Shown in pieces: positions 19,406-29,150 of a stretch of 40,944 nucleotides of DNA. Source of the DNA: Neisseriaceae bacterium (GTDB taxonomy: Bacteria; Pseudomonadota; Gammaproteobacteria; Burkholderiales; Neisseriaceae); the NCBI GenBank assembly GCA_017446355.1, contig JAFSQZ010000195.1, forward strand, positions 1 through 40,944. Direction: 5' to 3'. A model generated the notes under the pieces. The model was not told where the DNA came from, made no database searches, and saw only the letters and a program-made list of their open reading frames with translations. The position numbers were made by a program, and so were the translations under genes. Numbering within the stretch: the first letter of the stretch is position 1; each line of letters opens with the position of its first letter.

Positions 19406-20326
19406 TTATTTTTCCCAAGCAGTTTTTAAAATGGCAACGCATAAATCTGCAAAAGCAACTCCTTGATGTGCAGCAGCTTTTGGAATAAGGCTATGACTGG
19501 TCATACCAGGCAAAGTATTGGCTTCTAGAATGTAAAGTTTACCTTCTTCGTTGCGCAAAAAGTCAATTCGTCCACAATTATTGCCGCCACCAATGGCTTC
19601 AAAAGCACGTAGCGTCAATTGGTGCATTTGTTGTTCTTCTGCTGAATTTAAATCAGACGGACACATATAAACGGTGTCATCACGATTGTATTTGGCTTCA
19701 AAATCATAAAATTCAGTGGCAGGAATAATGCGAATGCTGGGCAAGGCTTGACGGTTGATGATGCCACAAGTGTATTCGCTGCCTGAAATAAATTGTTCGG
19801 CAAGAATTTCGCCGTGTAAATGTTCATCACGCAATTGACGGTATCTTTCGGCTAATTCGCCCACTTTTTTGACTTTGTACACACCAACGCTACTGCCTTC
19901 TGCGGCAGGTTTGATAAACAATGGCAAGCCAAGTTGTTGTTCTACTGCACCAAAATCGCTTTTATCGTTTAATACCACAAAATCAGGGATAGGTAAATTT
20001 AAGGCTTTCCAAAGCAGTTTGCAACGATATTTATCCATACCCAGTGCTGATGCTAACACACCACAGCCTGTGTAAGGAATATTGAGTGCTTCCAACGCAC
20101 CTTGTACGGTACCGTCTTCACCATAGCAACCGTGCAAAATATTAAAGGCTGCCTGAAAACCTTGTGTTTTAAGTTCGGTTAAATCGGTTTTAGCTGGATC
20201 AAACGCGTGTGCATCAATACCTTTGCTTTTAAGCGCGTCCACAATGGCTTGTCCACTGATTAAGGAAATTTCACGTTCACTAGAAAAACCGCCCATTAAC
20301 ACGGCGACTTTACCAAAATCTTGCAT
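19406..20326 (-). CDS. ddl: D-alanine--D-alanine ligase
   Basis: 306-aa ATP-grasp ORF with HGCYGEDGTVQGALE and EANTLPGMTSHSLIPKAA motifs. Confidence 0.93.
   Translation of the reverse strand: MQDFGKVAVLMGGFSSEREISLISGQAIVDALKSKGIDAHAFDPAKTDLTELKTQGFQAAFNILHGCYGEDGTVQGALEALNIPYTGCGVLASALGMDKYRCKLLWKALNLPIPDFVVLNDKSDFGAVEQQLGLPLFIKPAAEGSSVGVYKVKKVGELAERYRQLRDEHLHGEILAEQFISGSEYTCGIINRQALPSIRIIPATEFYDFEAKYNRDDTVYMCPSDLNSAEEQQMHQLTLRAFEAIGGGNNCGRIDFLRNEEGKLYILEANTLPGMTSHSLIPKAAAHQGVAFADLCVAILKTAWEK
20146..20157. repeat. DUS 12-mer AGGCTGCCTGAA
   Basis: Exact 12-mer inside ddl, where it encodes FQAAF on the minus strand. Confidence 0.85.
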
Positions 20327-20351
20327 AGTTATTCTTTCTTGTTTTTAAACT

Positions 20352-20366
20352 TTCAGGCAGCCTGAA
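20352..20366. repeat. DUS 15-mer TTCAGGCAGCCTGAA
   Basis: Exact match, in the murC-ddl spacer. Confidence 0.9.
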
Positions 20367-20409
20367 AATAATTAAATGGGTTTGTGTGTTTTTTACAACA
20401 TCATCAGAT

Positions 20410-21837
20410 TTAATGTGATGATAAATCTTTTAAAGCTTGTGCCACTTTATTGATACTACCTGCCCCCATCGTTAACACAACATCTCCGTCTTGCAAAACA
20501 TCGCGTAACGTTTCAGGCATTTTGACAACATCTTCGCAAAAAATTGGTTCAACTTTACCCAAAACGCGTACACCACGTGCCAAACTGCGACCATCGGCTT
20601 GAGCGATTGGTGTTTCGCCAGCAGGATAAACTTCAGTTAAAACCAAAGCATCAACGCTGCTTAATACGTGTACAAAATCTTCAAACAAATCGCGTGTACG
20701 CGTGTAACGATGCGGTTGAAAAGCTAACACCAAACGGTTATTAGGATACGCACCACGTGCTGCTGCAAGTGTTGCAGCCATTTCCACTGGGTGATGACCA
20801 TAATCGTCAATAATCATCGCTTTTCCACCTTGTGGCAACTGAATTTCGCCATAACTTTGAAAGCGGCGACCCACACCAGCAAAACTGCTTAAACCTTCTT
20901 GAATAGCTTCTACGCTCGCTTTACATTCTAATGCCACACCAATACTTGCCAAAGCATTTAAGACATTGTGTCTACCAGGTATGTTTAACACCACATCAAA
21001 CACCAATTCTTCGTCATTGGCTTGTTTAGCGTGAGCCGTAAACAGCATTTGCGTGTCTTTTGTGCGTACATTTGTGGCATAAATATCGGCACGGTCATCA
21101 TCAATAGCGTAAGTGGCAAAAGGTTTTTTCAATTTTGGCAAAATCGCGCGAACGTGTTCACTGTCTAGGCAAACAAAAGCCTTGCCGTAAAAAGGCATAC
21201 GATGCACAAAATCAATAAATGCTTGATATAAATTGTCTATTTTGTGGTCATAGGTATCCATATGATCGGTGTCTATATTGGTAATCACCGTAAACAAAGG
21301 AGAAAGATACAAAAAAGACGCATCGGATTCATCGGCTTCCGCAACCAAATATTCACCTTTACCCAATCTTGCATTCGTGCCAGCAGCAGTGAGTTTGCCA
21401 CCAATAATAAAAGTAGGGTCAAAACCACCTGCACCGAGAATAGATGCAGTTAGGCTTGTTGTTGTGGTTTTACCGTGTGTGCCAGCGATAGCGATACCAA
21501 AATCCTTAATGCGCATCAATTCCGCCAACATCATTGCGCGTGGAATCACAGGAATACGTTTTTCCAAAGCTGCCTGAACTTCTGGATTATCAGATTTAAT
21601 CGCCGTTGAAGTAACCACCACATCTGCACCATCAACGTGTTCAGCGGTATGACCTGGAAAAACGCGCACACCCAAACTGGACAAATGCTCGGTTACCGCA
21701 CTTTTGGCTTGGTCAGAACCAGAAACATGAAAACCTAAATTGTGCAGCACTTCGGCGATGCCACACATACCTGCACCACCGATGCCCACAAAGTGTATGT
21801 TTTTCACACGTTCTTGCATAATACTTCTGTTTTGCAT
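20410..21837 (-). CDS. murC: UDP-N-acetylmuramate--L-alanine ligase
   Basis: [17 protein letters not shown] and [12 protein letters not shown] motifs. The start is set at the ATG at 21837 (AAGGA 9 nt upstream); the ATG at 21819 is also possible. The 21888 start in the ORF track would read through the DUS hairpin. Confidence 0.92.
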   Translation of the reverse strand: MQNRSIMQERVKNIHFVGIGGAGMCGIAEVLHNLGFHVSGSDQAKSAVTEHLSSLGVRVFPGHTAEHVDGADVVVTSTAIKSDNPEVQAALEKRIPVIPRAMMLAELMRIKDFGIAIAGTHGKTTTTSLTASILGAGGFDPTFIIGGKLTAAGTNARLGKGEYLVAEADESDASFLYLSPLFTVITNIDTDHMDTYDHKIDNLYQAFIDFVHRMPFYGKAFVCLDSEHVRAILPKLKKPFATYAIDDDRADIYATNVRTKDTQMLFTAHAKQANDEELVFDVVLNIPGRHNVLNALASIGVALECKASVEAIQEGLSSFAGVGRRFQSYGEIQLPQGGKAMIIDDYGHHPVEMAATLAAARGAYPNNRLVLAFQPHRYTRTRDLFEDFVHVLSSVDALVLTEVYPAGETPIAQADGRSLARGVRVLGKVEPIFCEDVVKMPETLRDVLQDGDVVLTMGAGSINKVAQALKDLSSH

Positions 21838-21871
21838 AAGGTTCTGTCCTTTTATATTTCTATACACAACT

Positions 21872-21911
21872 AGGCTGCCTGAAAACATTTTAATCTTTCA
21901 GGCAGCCTGAA
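21872..21911 (-). terminator. Inverted DUS pair hairpin between pyrD and murC
   Basis: AGGCTGCCTGAA (21872-21883) and TTCAGGCAGCCT (21897-21908) form a perfect 12-bp stem with a 13-nt loop. There is no clear U-tract. Confidence 0.4.
21897..21911. repeat. DUS 15-mer TTCAGGCAGCCTGAA
   Basis: Exact match forming the right arm of the pyrD-murC hairpin. The left arm is the 12-mer at 21872-21883. Confidence 0.9.
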
Positions 21912-21916
21912 TATCA

Positions 21917-22924
21917 TTATTTTAATACATTTAAGCACTCTTTAACCAATTCAGGACCACGATAAATAAAGCCACTATAAAGTTGCACGGCTTTTGCGCC
22001 CAATTGGATTTTTTCTTGCGCATCTTCACCGCTAAAAATGCCACCCACACCAATCACATCAACGCTGCCTGAAAGCTCTCTAACCAATTGTTTCAACACA
22101 ATATTACTGGGTTCGCGTACAGGTTTACCGCTTAATCCACCCTCTTCTTGTGCCAAAGGTGATGTTCCCAAAGCTGTTTTATTGATTGTCGTATTGGTTG
22201 CAATCACGCCATCTATTTGCGTATTGCGCACCACATGGGCAATATCGGCAATTTGTGCCTCATCTAAATCAGGCGCGATTTTCACTGCCAACGGTACATA
22301 TTTACCGTGAATACTTTGCAACTGTTGTTGTTTATCTTTCAGGTAGCCCAATAAACGGCTCAACTCATCACTGCCTTGTAGTGAACGCAAATTTTTTGTA
22401 TTGGGGGAAGAAATATTGATGGTAATGTATGACGCATAAGCATATGCTTTTTCCAAACCAATCAAATAATCATCAACAGCGTTTTCAATTGGCGTTGTTG
22501 CATTTTTACCAATATTGATGCCCAACACACCACGATACTGCGCACGTTCAATATGACGCAAAGCGGCATCAATACCATAATTATTAAAACCCATACGGTT
22601 AATAATCGCATCATATTCAGGCAGACGAAACAAACGTGGTTTAGGATTACCATCTTGTGGACGTGGCGTAAGCGTACCCACTTCAATAAAACCAAAGCCA
22701 AAAGCCGCCAAACCATCAATCGCTTCAGCATTTTTATCCAAACCTGCTGCCAAGCCCACAGGGTTAGGCAAATTCAATCCCATCAATTGACAAGGTTTTG
22801 TGCGTACATTGGTGCGTGGAAAAAGATTAAAACGCCCTGAAATCGCCAGTGCATTTAATATCAAACGATGCGCTTGTTCTGCATCTAATTTAAATAAGAG
22901 TGGGCGAATAAAATCGTGATACAT
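21917..22924 (-). CDS. pyrD: Dihydroorotate dehydrogenase (quinone), class 2
   Basis: MYHDFIRPLLFKLDAEQAHRL..., GFIEVGTLTPRPQDGNPKPRLFR and NISSPNT motifs. The start is set at 22924. The longer ORF-track N-terminus is read through a DUS (FRQPKT). Confidence 0.92.
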   Translation of the reverse strand: MYHDFIRPLLFKLDAEQAHRLILNALAISGRFNLFPRTNVRTKPCQLMGLNLPNPVGLAAGLDKNAEAIDGLAAFGFGFIEVGTLTPRPQDGNPKPRLFRLPEYDAIINRMGFNNYGIDAALRHIERAQYRGVLGINIGKNATTPIENAVDDYLIGLEKAYAYASYITINISSPNTKNLRSLQGSDELSRLLGYLKDKQQQLQSIHGKYVPLAVKIAPDLDEAQIADIAHVVRNTQIDGVIATNTTINKTALGTSPLAQEEGGLSGKPVREPSNIVLKQLVRELSGSVDVIGVGGIFSGEDAQEKIQLGAKAVQLYSGFIYRGPELVKECLNVLK

Positions 22925-22930
22925 TGTTTT

Positions 22931-22942
22931 AGGCTGCCTGAA
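22931..22942. repeat. DUS 12-mer AGGCTGCCTGAA
   Basis: Exact 12-mer, 7 nt upstream of the pyrD ATG. Confidence 0.85.
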
Positions 22943-23224
22943 AATCTGAAAATCACAAAACTGGTGGATTTTACCTGAATTTGCATATAATTTGGACATT
23001 GATGGTCAATTTTTGTCATAAAAATTATTTAACCCAAACATTTCTCATATTATCCAAACACTATTCAAAAAGGAAAGTCAACGCATAACCAAACGCGTAA
23101 CTAAATAAAAATAAAAATAAAATAAATATAGGCACGCAACTTGCTAACTAGCTATTCGGTATGCCTTTTAGGCGTATTTTTTTGTTTTTTTATTTTTTAC
23201 ATTCAACACAAAAGGAACAGCATT

Positions 23225-23584
23225 ATGGCTACAGTTAAAGAAGTTTTAGAAACAGTAATGAGTATTGATGGCGCAATGGCAGCATCTATCGTTGATGCAA
23301 ACAGCGGTATGATGTTAGGCGCACAAGGCAAAGGTTTGGATTTGGAGTTAGCTTCTGCTGGTAACACTAAATTGTACCACTCTAAATACGAAATTATGAA
23401 AGCTTTGGGCATCAATCAAAAAATTGAAGACTTTTTGATTACTTTGGAAGATCAATACCACATTTTACAACCAGCTAATCATCTTGATGGCGTGTTTATC
23501 TACTGCGTGTTGAGCATTGAAAAATCTACTTTGGCTTTAGCACGTCGCACACTCAAATCAGCAGTGGCTGAATTAAAAGTTTAA
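23225..23584 (+). CDS. Roadblock/LC7 (MglB-like) domain protein, stand-alone
   Basis: 119 aa from MATVKEVLETVMSIDGAMAASIVDANSGMMLGAQGKG... The length and pattern (xxIDGAxxAxIVDxxSGxxL..., C-terminal LALARRTLKSAVAEL) fit the Roadblock/LC7 fold. AAGGA lies 9 nt upstream and the gene has its own strong terminator. Confidence 0.6.
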   Translation: MATVKEVLETVMSIDGAMAASIVDANSGMMLGAQGKGLDLELASAGNTKLYHSKYEIMKALGINQKIEDFLITLEDQYHILQPANHLDGVFIYCVLSIEKSTLALARRTLKSAVAELKV

Positions 23585-23620
23585 TTTCTCCCTAATCAAT
23601 GTTCTACATTGATGTGTTAA

Positions 23621-23648
23621 CGTCCGATTTTTTTCGGACGTTTTTTTT
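23621..23648 (+). terminator. Rho-independent terminator of the Roadblock gene
   Basis: CGTCCGA-TTTTTT-TCGGACG followed by T8. Confidence 0.85.
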
Positions 23649-23714
23649 GTTTCTTTTGAAAACTTAACCCCAGAAAGAAACCTTTGCAAAATGCTTATTT
23701 AGACGTAATCGTCA

Positions 23715-23750
23715 AAAAACAAAAAACCGTACAAAAAAAGCACGGTTTTG
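23715..23750 (-). terminator. Rho-independent terminator downstream of suhB
   Basis: The minus strand reads AACCGTGC-TTTTTTT-GTACGGTT (one mismatch) followed by TTTTGTTTTTT. Confidence 0.55.
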
Positions 23751-23835
23751 GGTGTCAAGGTTAACACAAATAACTTAATGTTTAAGTATCAAAGCTTGCG
23801 CGAAAAGATATTAAAGGTGCTATGGTTTGATACCA

Positions 23836-23850
23836 TTCAGGCTGCCTGAA
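23836..23850. repeat. DUS 15-mer TTCAGGCTGCCTGAA
   Basis: Exact match, 3 nt downstream of the suhB stop. Confidence 0.9.
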
Positions 23851-23853
23851 CCA

Positions 23854-24651
23854 TTATTGATTTTTACGAATCCAGTTGCGCCATTGTTGAAATAAATCGG
23901 CATCACATGCTGCAATCACCGAGCGTTGAAACGTATGTAAGCCGCTCCAAAAATCGTCGCCTTCTAATGTATCAATCCACACGCCTGCTTCTTCTGCAAT
24001 CAATGCACCTGCGGCGTAATCCCATAAATTTTGTCCACCGTGTAAATATACATCATAACGCGCCGCCGCAATAAAACACCAATCCAAAGCACTGCTGCCC
24101 ATACAACGCAATGCACCAAAAGGGGAAAAATTATTGATGCTGCTAATCAATTTGGGGGAGCGCAAACGTTTAATGTCTAAACCTGCAACTGCTTCGCGTA
24201 ATGATGTTTTGTTTACGTGTCGCATAGGCAGACGGTTGCCATTTAAAAACGCGCCTTGCCCACGTTGTGCTGAAAAACATTCACCTGTTACGGGATTAAA
24301 AACCACGCCAAGTTGTGCGCGTTTATCCTGAATATACGCCACCGAAATCGCGAAATGTGGAATACCACTGACAAAATTATTGGTGCCATCAATCGGATCG
24401 CATACCCACAAACCTTGTTCACAATGATGCCAAAGATGTTGTTGTTGTTCATACGTCATTTCTTCACCCAAAACAGGCGCGTCAACAATTTCAGGCAGCT
24501 TTTGTTGTAAAGCTTGTTGCGAAGCCAAATCCGTTTGCGAAAGCATACTGCCATCGGATTTGCGTATGCTGTCTACTTTTAAATAACTCGGCATCACAAT
24601 CGTCAAGGCAATCTCGCGCACAGTTTGTTCGAGTAAATCAATCGGTTTCAT
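23854..24651 (-). CDS. suhB: Inositol monophosphatase family protein (SuhB-like)
   Basis: 265-aa ORF with motifs VLGEE and WVCDPIDGTNNF. Confidence 0.85.
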   Translation of the reverse strand: MKPIDLLEQTVREIALTIVMPSYLKVDSIRKSDGSMLSQTDLASQQALQQKLPEIVDAPVLGEEMTYEQQQHLWHHCEQGLWVCDPIDGTNNFVSGIPHFAISVAYIQDKRAQLGVVFNPVTGECFSAQRGQGAFLNGNRLPMRHVNKTSLREAVAGLDIKRLRSPKLISSINNFSPFGALRCMGSSALDWCFIAAARYDVYLHGGQNLWDYAAGALIAEEAGVWIDTLEGDDFWSGLHTFQRSVIAACDADLFQQWRNWIRKNQ

Positions 24652-24714
24652 AATGTTTTTTTGTTAAAATGGGCAAAGATTTTTTATTTTATCATTGACT
24701 AAATTGAATGCAAA

Positions 24715-25437
24715 ATGCCACGTTTTTATTTATCTCAACCTTTAAATAGCCATACTGAATTGACGCTGCCTGAAAATATTGTGCGTCATATTTATGTATT
24801 GCGTCTAAAAATCGGTGAAGAAATCACTTTATTTAATGGTAACGGCAACGAGTTTACCGCGACTTTGCAAGAAATTAACAAACGTCAAGCCACGTGTTTT
24901 GTGCAAGAAGCACGATACATCAATCGCGAAAGTCCACTCAACATCACTTTGGTGCAAGCCATTTCCAGTGGTGAGCGTATGGATTTTACTTTACAAAAAG
25001 GCGTGGAATTAGGTGTAAAAACTTTTTTACCAATTATTAGTGAAAGATGTGTCGTCAAATTATCAGGTGAACGCGCAGAAAAACGTGTGGCACGTTGGCA
25101 AGAAATCGTCATCGCTGCGTGTGAACAATCTGGACGAAACATTGTTCCCAAAGTTTTGCCTATTATCACTTTTAAAGATTATTTAAAACAAATAGATAAA
25201 AAAAATCTTCATTTAATAATGAGCCTAAATCGCGCTCAAAAACTCCGTGATTTCACACCGCTGCCTGAAAACATTGATTTAATGATTGGACCAGAAGGCG
25301 GTTGGACAACAGCCGAAGAAAACGCTGCTTTTGCAGCAGGTGTGCAATCACTTACTTTGGGACAACGCATTTTACGTACAGAAACTGCTTCACTTGCTGC
25401 TGTTGCTGCGATGCAAACTTTATGGGGTGATTTTTAA
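24715..25437 (+). CDS. rsmE: 16S rRNA (uracil1498-N3)-methyltransferase
   Basis: 240-aa ORF with MPRFYL... at the N-terminus and a C-terminal SPOUT knot region IGPEGGW...LGQRILRTETA. Confidence 0.88.
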   Translation: MPRFYLSQPLNSHTELTLPENIVRHIYVLRLKIGEEITLFNGNGNEFTATLQEINKRQATCFVQEARYINRESPLNITLVQAISSGERMDFTLQKGVELGVKTFLPIISERCVVKLSGERAEKRVARWQEIVIAACEQSGRNIVPKVLPIITFKDYLKQIDKKNLHLIMSLNRAQKLRDFTPLPENIDLMIGPEGGWTTAEENAAFAAGVQSLTLGQRILRTETASLAAVAAMQTLWGDF

Positions 25438-25489
25438 TCTATCCTGCCTGAAACCTAAAATAATCACGTTTATCTGTATCTTTAAGTTT

Positions 25490-25504
25490 TTCAGGCAGCC
25501 TGAA
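25490..25504. repeat. DUS 15-mer TTCAGGCAGCCTGAA
   Basis: Exact match in the convergent rsmE/tldD spacer, followed by the 18-nt palindrome AAACCTTTGCAAAGGTTT. Confidence 0.9.
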
Positions 25505-25532
25505 ACCTTTGCAAAGGTTTTAGCCTTGCAGC

Positions 25533-26981
25533 TTAATTGGTTTGACTACCACCAACGGTTAAACCTGCATCTATGCGTAAAGTGGGTTGACCAACACATA
25601 CAGGGACGGTTTGCCCATCTTTACCACAAACACCTACGCCTGTATCCAATTGTTGATTATTTCCAATCATAGAAACGTGTTTTAAAACTTCTGCACCGCT
25701 ACCGATTAAGGTTGCGCCTTTAATAGGATAAAGCAGTTTGCCTTTTTCTACCCACCACGCTTCTGATGTGCTGAATACGAATTTGCCACTGGTGATGTCT
25801 ACTTGTCCGCCACCAAAATTAACGGCATAAATGCCTTTATCTATGCTGGCAATGATTTCTTCTGGGCTGTGTTCGCCGCTTTGCATAAATGTGTTGGTCA
25901 TACGTGGCAAAACAATTGATGAATAATCTTCACGTCTACCATTGCCTGTAACCTTCATACCCATTAAGCGAGCATTGGTTTCGTCGTGTAAATAGCCCTG
26001 CAAAATACCGTCTTCAATTAAAACCGTTTGTTGGGTAGGATTGCCTTCATCATCAATATTGAGTGAACCACGCGCATTAGGAATATTGCCTTGGTCAATA
26101 ATATTGACCCCTTTGGCAGCAACGCGTTGACCGATTTTCCCCGTAAAGACACTGGTTTGGCGACGATTAAAATCACCTTCCAAACCGTGTCCAACAGCTT
26201 CGTGGAGTAACACACCTGGCCAGCCTGCACCCAATACAACAGTCATTTCACCAGCAGGAGCAGGACGTGCTTCTAAATTTAACAAGGCTTGTTTGACTGC
26301 GTGTTGAACATATTCATTGATTTTAGCACCGTCAAAATAACTTAAATCAAAACGACCGCCACCGCCGCCACTGCCTTGTTCACGTCTATCGCCTTGTTTG
26401 GCAATCACATTAACACTTAACCGCACCAAAGGACGAATATCCGCCGCGTGTTTACCGTCTAATCTAGCGATGTAAACCAATTGATGTTCACAAGTTAAGC
26501 TTGCCATCACTTGTACAATGCGAGAGTCGGCTGACCTAGCAAGATGTTCCACTTTTTGTAATAAAGCAACTTTTGCATCGGAAGACAGCGTTTCAATAGG
26601 GTTGATTGCTGGATAAATGCTTGGATAAGTTTGATTACTGGGAACGCGAACAGGTGTTTGATGTCCTTGTGCTCCGATGGCGCGTACGGTTTTTGCAGCG
26701 CGTTCCATCGCGTCCAAAGTTAAACTATCGGCATAAGCAAAAGCGGTTTTCTCGCCTGAAACGGCACGCACCCCTACGCCTTGATTGATGTGAAAACTGC
26801 CTGATTTAACAATGCCTTCGTCTAAATGCCAACTTTCAAAAGCAATGCGCTGGCAATAAATATCAGCAAAGTCCACGTGATGTGCGCCGATAAGTGCAAG
26901 TATTTTGGCAAAATCTTCGCCACCGAGTTGATTAGCGTGTAATAAATCTTGTGAAACGGTTTGAAAACTGTTGTGCGTCAT
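25533..26981 (-). CDS. tldD: Metalloprotease TldD
   Basis: 482-aa ORF with HEAVGHGLEGDFNRR and the glycine-rich GSGGGGGRFD. Confidence 0.92.
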   Translation of the reverse strand: MTHNSFQTVSQDLLHANQLGGEDFAKILALIGAHHVDFADIYCQRIAFESWHLDEGIVKSGSFHINQGVGVRAVSGEKTAFAYADSLTLDAMERAAKTVRAIGAQGHQTPVRVPSNQTYPSIYPAINPIETLSSDAKVALLQKVEHLARSADSRIVQVMASLTCEHQLVYIARLDGKHAADIRPLVRLSVNVIAKQGDRREQGSGGGGGRFDLSYFDGAKINEYVQHAVKQALLNLEARPAPAGEMTVVLGAGWPGVLLHEAVGHGLEGDFNRRQTSVFTGKIGQRVAAKGVNIIDQGNIPNARGSLNIDDEGNPTQQTVLIEDGILQGYLHDETNARLMGMKVTGNGRREDYSSIVLPRMTNTFMQSGEHSPEEIIASIDKGIYAVNFGGGQVDITSGKFVFSTSEAWWVEKGKLLYPIKGATLIGSGAEVLKHVSMIGNNQQLDTGVGVCGKDGQTVPVCVGQPTLRIDAGLTVGGSQTN

Positions 26982-26996
26982 TTCAGGCTGCCTGAA
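26982..26996. repeat. DUS 15-mer TTCAGGCTGCCTGAA
   Basis: Exact match that abuts the tldD start codon. Confidence 0.9.
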
Positions 26997-27154
26997 AAAG
27001 AAAAAGAGCGATTATAACGGAATTTTGGAATGTTTTTTGTGTATTCACTTCTTTCAACTTCAAGCATTGTGTGTGAAACTTTAATCTACCCTTTCAGGCT
27101 GCCACAAAAAAATCCGTTATAATGATGCTCTTTTTCGCCTATTTGTTTCTCGTT

Positions 27155-28186
27155 ATGTTACAAACCGATAATCTTACCAGCTCACACACACCACGTGTAA
27201 TTAGCGCACAAGCGCAGTCGTCGCAAGAAGAGCAATTGGAACGCGCCTTGCGTCCGAAAATGCTTGACGATTATATTGGACAACGCAAAGCCAAAGAACA
27301 ATTAGCCATTTTTATTCAGGCAGCTAAACAACGCCAAGAAGCTTTGGATCATACTTTATTATTCGGTCCACCTGGATTGGGCAAAACCACGTTGGCACAC
27401 ATTATCGCGCGTGAATTGGGCGTGAATTTACGACAAACATCAGGTCCTGTATTGGAACGCGCAGGCGATTTAGCGGCGTTGCTGACAAATTTAGAACCCC
27501 ATGACGTATTATTCATTGACGAAATTCACCGTTTAAATCCTGTGGTAGAAGAAATTCTTTATCCTGCAATGGAAGATTATCAATTGGACATTATGATTGG
27601 CGAAGGTCCTGCTGCGCGTTCTGTAAAAATTGATTTACCACCGTTTACCCTAGTTGGTGCAACCACTCGTGCAGGTATGCTCACCAATCCTTTACGCGAC
27701 CGTTTTGGCATTGTGTCGCGTTTGGAATTTTATGAAAATCACGATTTAGCAACGATTGTGGCGCGTTCGGCACAATTATTAAATATGGACTTAAATGAAC
27801 AAGGTGCGTTTGAAGTGGCACGTCGCAGTCGTGGCACGCCACGAATTGCCAATCGTTTATTGCGTCGTGTGCGTGATTATGCAGATGTCAAACATTCAGG
27901 CAGCATTGATGCAAACATTGCCGATGCTGCATTGTCTATGTTAGACGTAGACAAAATTGGTTTGGATATGATGGACAGAAAATTCTTGGAAGCAGTTTTG
28001 CATAAATTTTCAGGTGGACCTGTTGGTTTAGAAAACGTTGCCGCCGCCATCGGCGAAAGCACGGATACGATTGAAGATGTGATTGAACCTTACTTAATTC
28101 AACAAGGTTTTTTGCAACGCACGCCGCGCGGTCGCATCGCAACAGCAAAAACCTATGAACATTTTGGTTTAAGCTGTCCAGAGTAA
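27155..28186 (+). CDS. ruvB: Holliday junction branch migration DNA helicase RuvB
   Basis: [10 protein letters not shown]..., Walker [12 protein letters not shown] and Walker [12 protein letters not shown]. The start is set at 27155. The upstream extension in the ORF track is hydrophobic junk. Confidence 0.93.
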   Translation: MLQTDNLTSSHTPRVISAQAQSSQEEQLERALRPKMLDDYIGQRKAKEQLAIFIQAAKQRQEALDHTLLFGPPGLGKTTLAHIIARELGVNLRQTSGPVLERAGDLAALLTNLEPHDVLFIDEIHRLNPVVEEILYPAMEDYQLDIMIGEGPAARSVKIDLPPFTLVGATTRAGMLTNPLRDRFGIVSRLEFYENHDLATIVARSAQLLNMDLNEQGAFEVARRSRGTPRIANRLLRRVRDYADVKHSGSIDANIADAALSMLDVDKIGLDMMDRKFLEAVLHKFSGGPVGLENVAAAIGESTDTIEDVIEPYLIQQGFLQRTPRGRIATAKTYEHFGLSCPE

Positions 28187-28210
28187 AACAGCATTCAAAC
28201 AAGGAATATT

Positions 28211-29140
28211 ATGAACATTATTTTTGCAGGCACACCTGATTTTGCTGCAACTGCCTTAAATGCCATTTATCAAGCAGGTTTTCATATTTCACTGGTACTC
28301 ACACAACCTGACCGTCCCAAAGGTCGCGGTATGCAATTAACGGCTTCACCAGTAAAACAAACAGCTTTGGCATTGGGTTTGCCTATTGCGCAGCCTGAAA
28401 AATTACGTGGTAATCAAGAAGCCTTGTCTTTATTACAAAGCGTCAATGCTGATGTAATGGTGGTTGCGGCTTATGGATTACTTTTACCACAAGAAGTATT
28501 GGACACACCCAAACACGGCTGCCTGAATATTCACGCTTCTCTTTTACCACGATGGCGTGGCGCAGCACCTATTCAACGCGCCATTGAAGCAGGTGATAAA
28601 GAAACAGGCGTTTGTATTATGCAAATGGACGCAGGTTTGGATACAGGTGCAATCGTCAGCACACATCGCTACACCATTCAAAACACAGACACCGCCAATG
28701 AAGTACACGATGCTTTAATGCATTTGGGCGCAAAAGCCATTGTAGAAGACTTACAACGTTTAGCCGATTCAGGCAGCCTGAACAGTCAAGCGCAGCCTGA
28801 AAACGGTGTTACTTATGCACAAAAATTAAGTAAAGAAGAAGCCAAAATTAAATGGCAACAAAGCGCAGAAATCGTTGCACGCAAAATTCGCGCATTTAAT
28901 CCCGTTCCTTGTGCGTGGACAGAATTTCAAGGCAAAACCGTCAAAATTTGGGCAGCAAATGTGGTGGCTAAACAAGGCAAAGCGGGTGAAATATTGGTTG
29001 CCAATAATGATGGCATTGTCGTGGCGTGTGGCGAACAAGCCATTGCCATTACTGAACTACAAATCGCAGGCAGCAAACGTATGACCTCATCTGCCTTTTT
29101 AGCAGGACGCACACTCAATATTGGCGACACTTTTGCTTAA
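28211..29140 (+). CDS. fmt: Methionyl-tRNA formyltransferase
   Basis: 309-aa ORF with MNIIFAGTPDFA and HASLLPRWRGAAPIQRAI. Confidence 0.93.
   Translation: MNIIFAGTPDFAATALNAIYQAGFHISLVLTQPDRPKGRGMQLTASPVKQTALALGLPIAQPEKLRGNQEALSLLQSVNADVMVVAAYGLLLPQEVLDTPKHGCLNIHASLLPRWRGAAPIQRAIEAGDKETGVCIMQMDAGLDTGAIVSTHRYTIQNTDTANEVHDALMHLGAKAIVEDLQRLADSGSLNSQAQPENGVTYAQKLSKEEAKIKWQQSAEIVARKIRAFNPVPCAWTEFQGKTVKIWAANVVAKQGKAGEILVANNDGIVVACGEQAIAITELQIAGSKRMTSSAFLAGRTLNIGDTFA
28768..28782. repeat. DUS 15-mer TTCAGGCAGCCTGAA
   Basis: Exact match inside fmt, where it encodes DSGSLN. Confidence 0.9.
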
Positions 29141-29150
29141 AGGCTACCTA

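Noticed and set aside
21838-21888. Longer N-termini given by the ORF track for murC, and likewise for pyrD (22925-22999), trpS (33348-33437), ruvB (27122-27154), hemD (29121-29150), thyA (11825-11851) and clpA (6391-6411).
   Set aside because: The extensions read through DUS copies, hairpins or the preceding gene and are not colinear with conserved N-termini. Internal ATGs with SD sequences match known protein starts.
23141-23224. N-terminal extension of the Roadblock ORF (TTG start) that would add a hydrophobic segment, MLTSYSVCLLGVFFCFFIFY.
   Set aside because: The extension is the translation of a T-rich promoter-like tract. It has a TTG start and no SD, whereas the ATG at 23225 has AAGGA at the correct spacing.
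3444-29140. Synteny oddities: dnaG without adjacent rpsU or rpoD, fmt following ruvB rather than def, hemD without hemC, and trpD alone.
   Set aside because: These are real observations, but scattered operons are common in Neisseriaceae genomes and nothing in the sequence suggests functional novelty.
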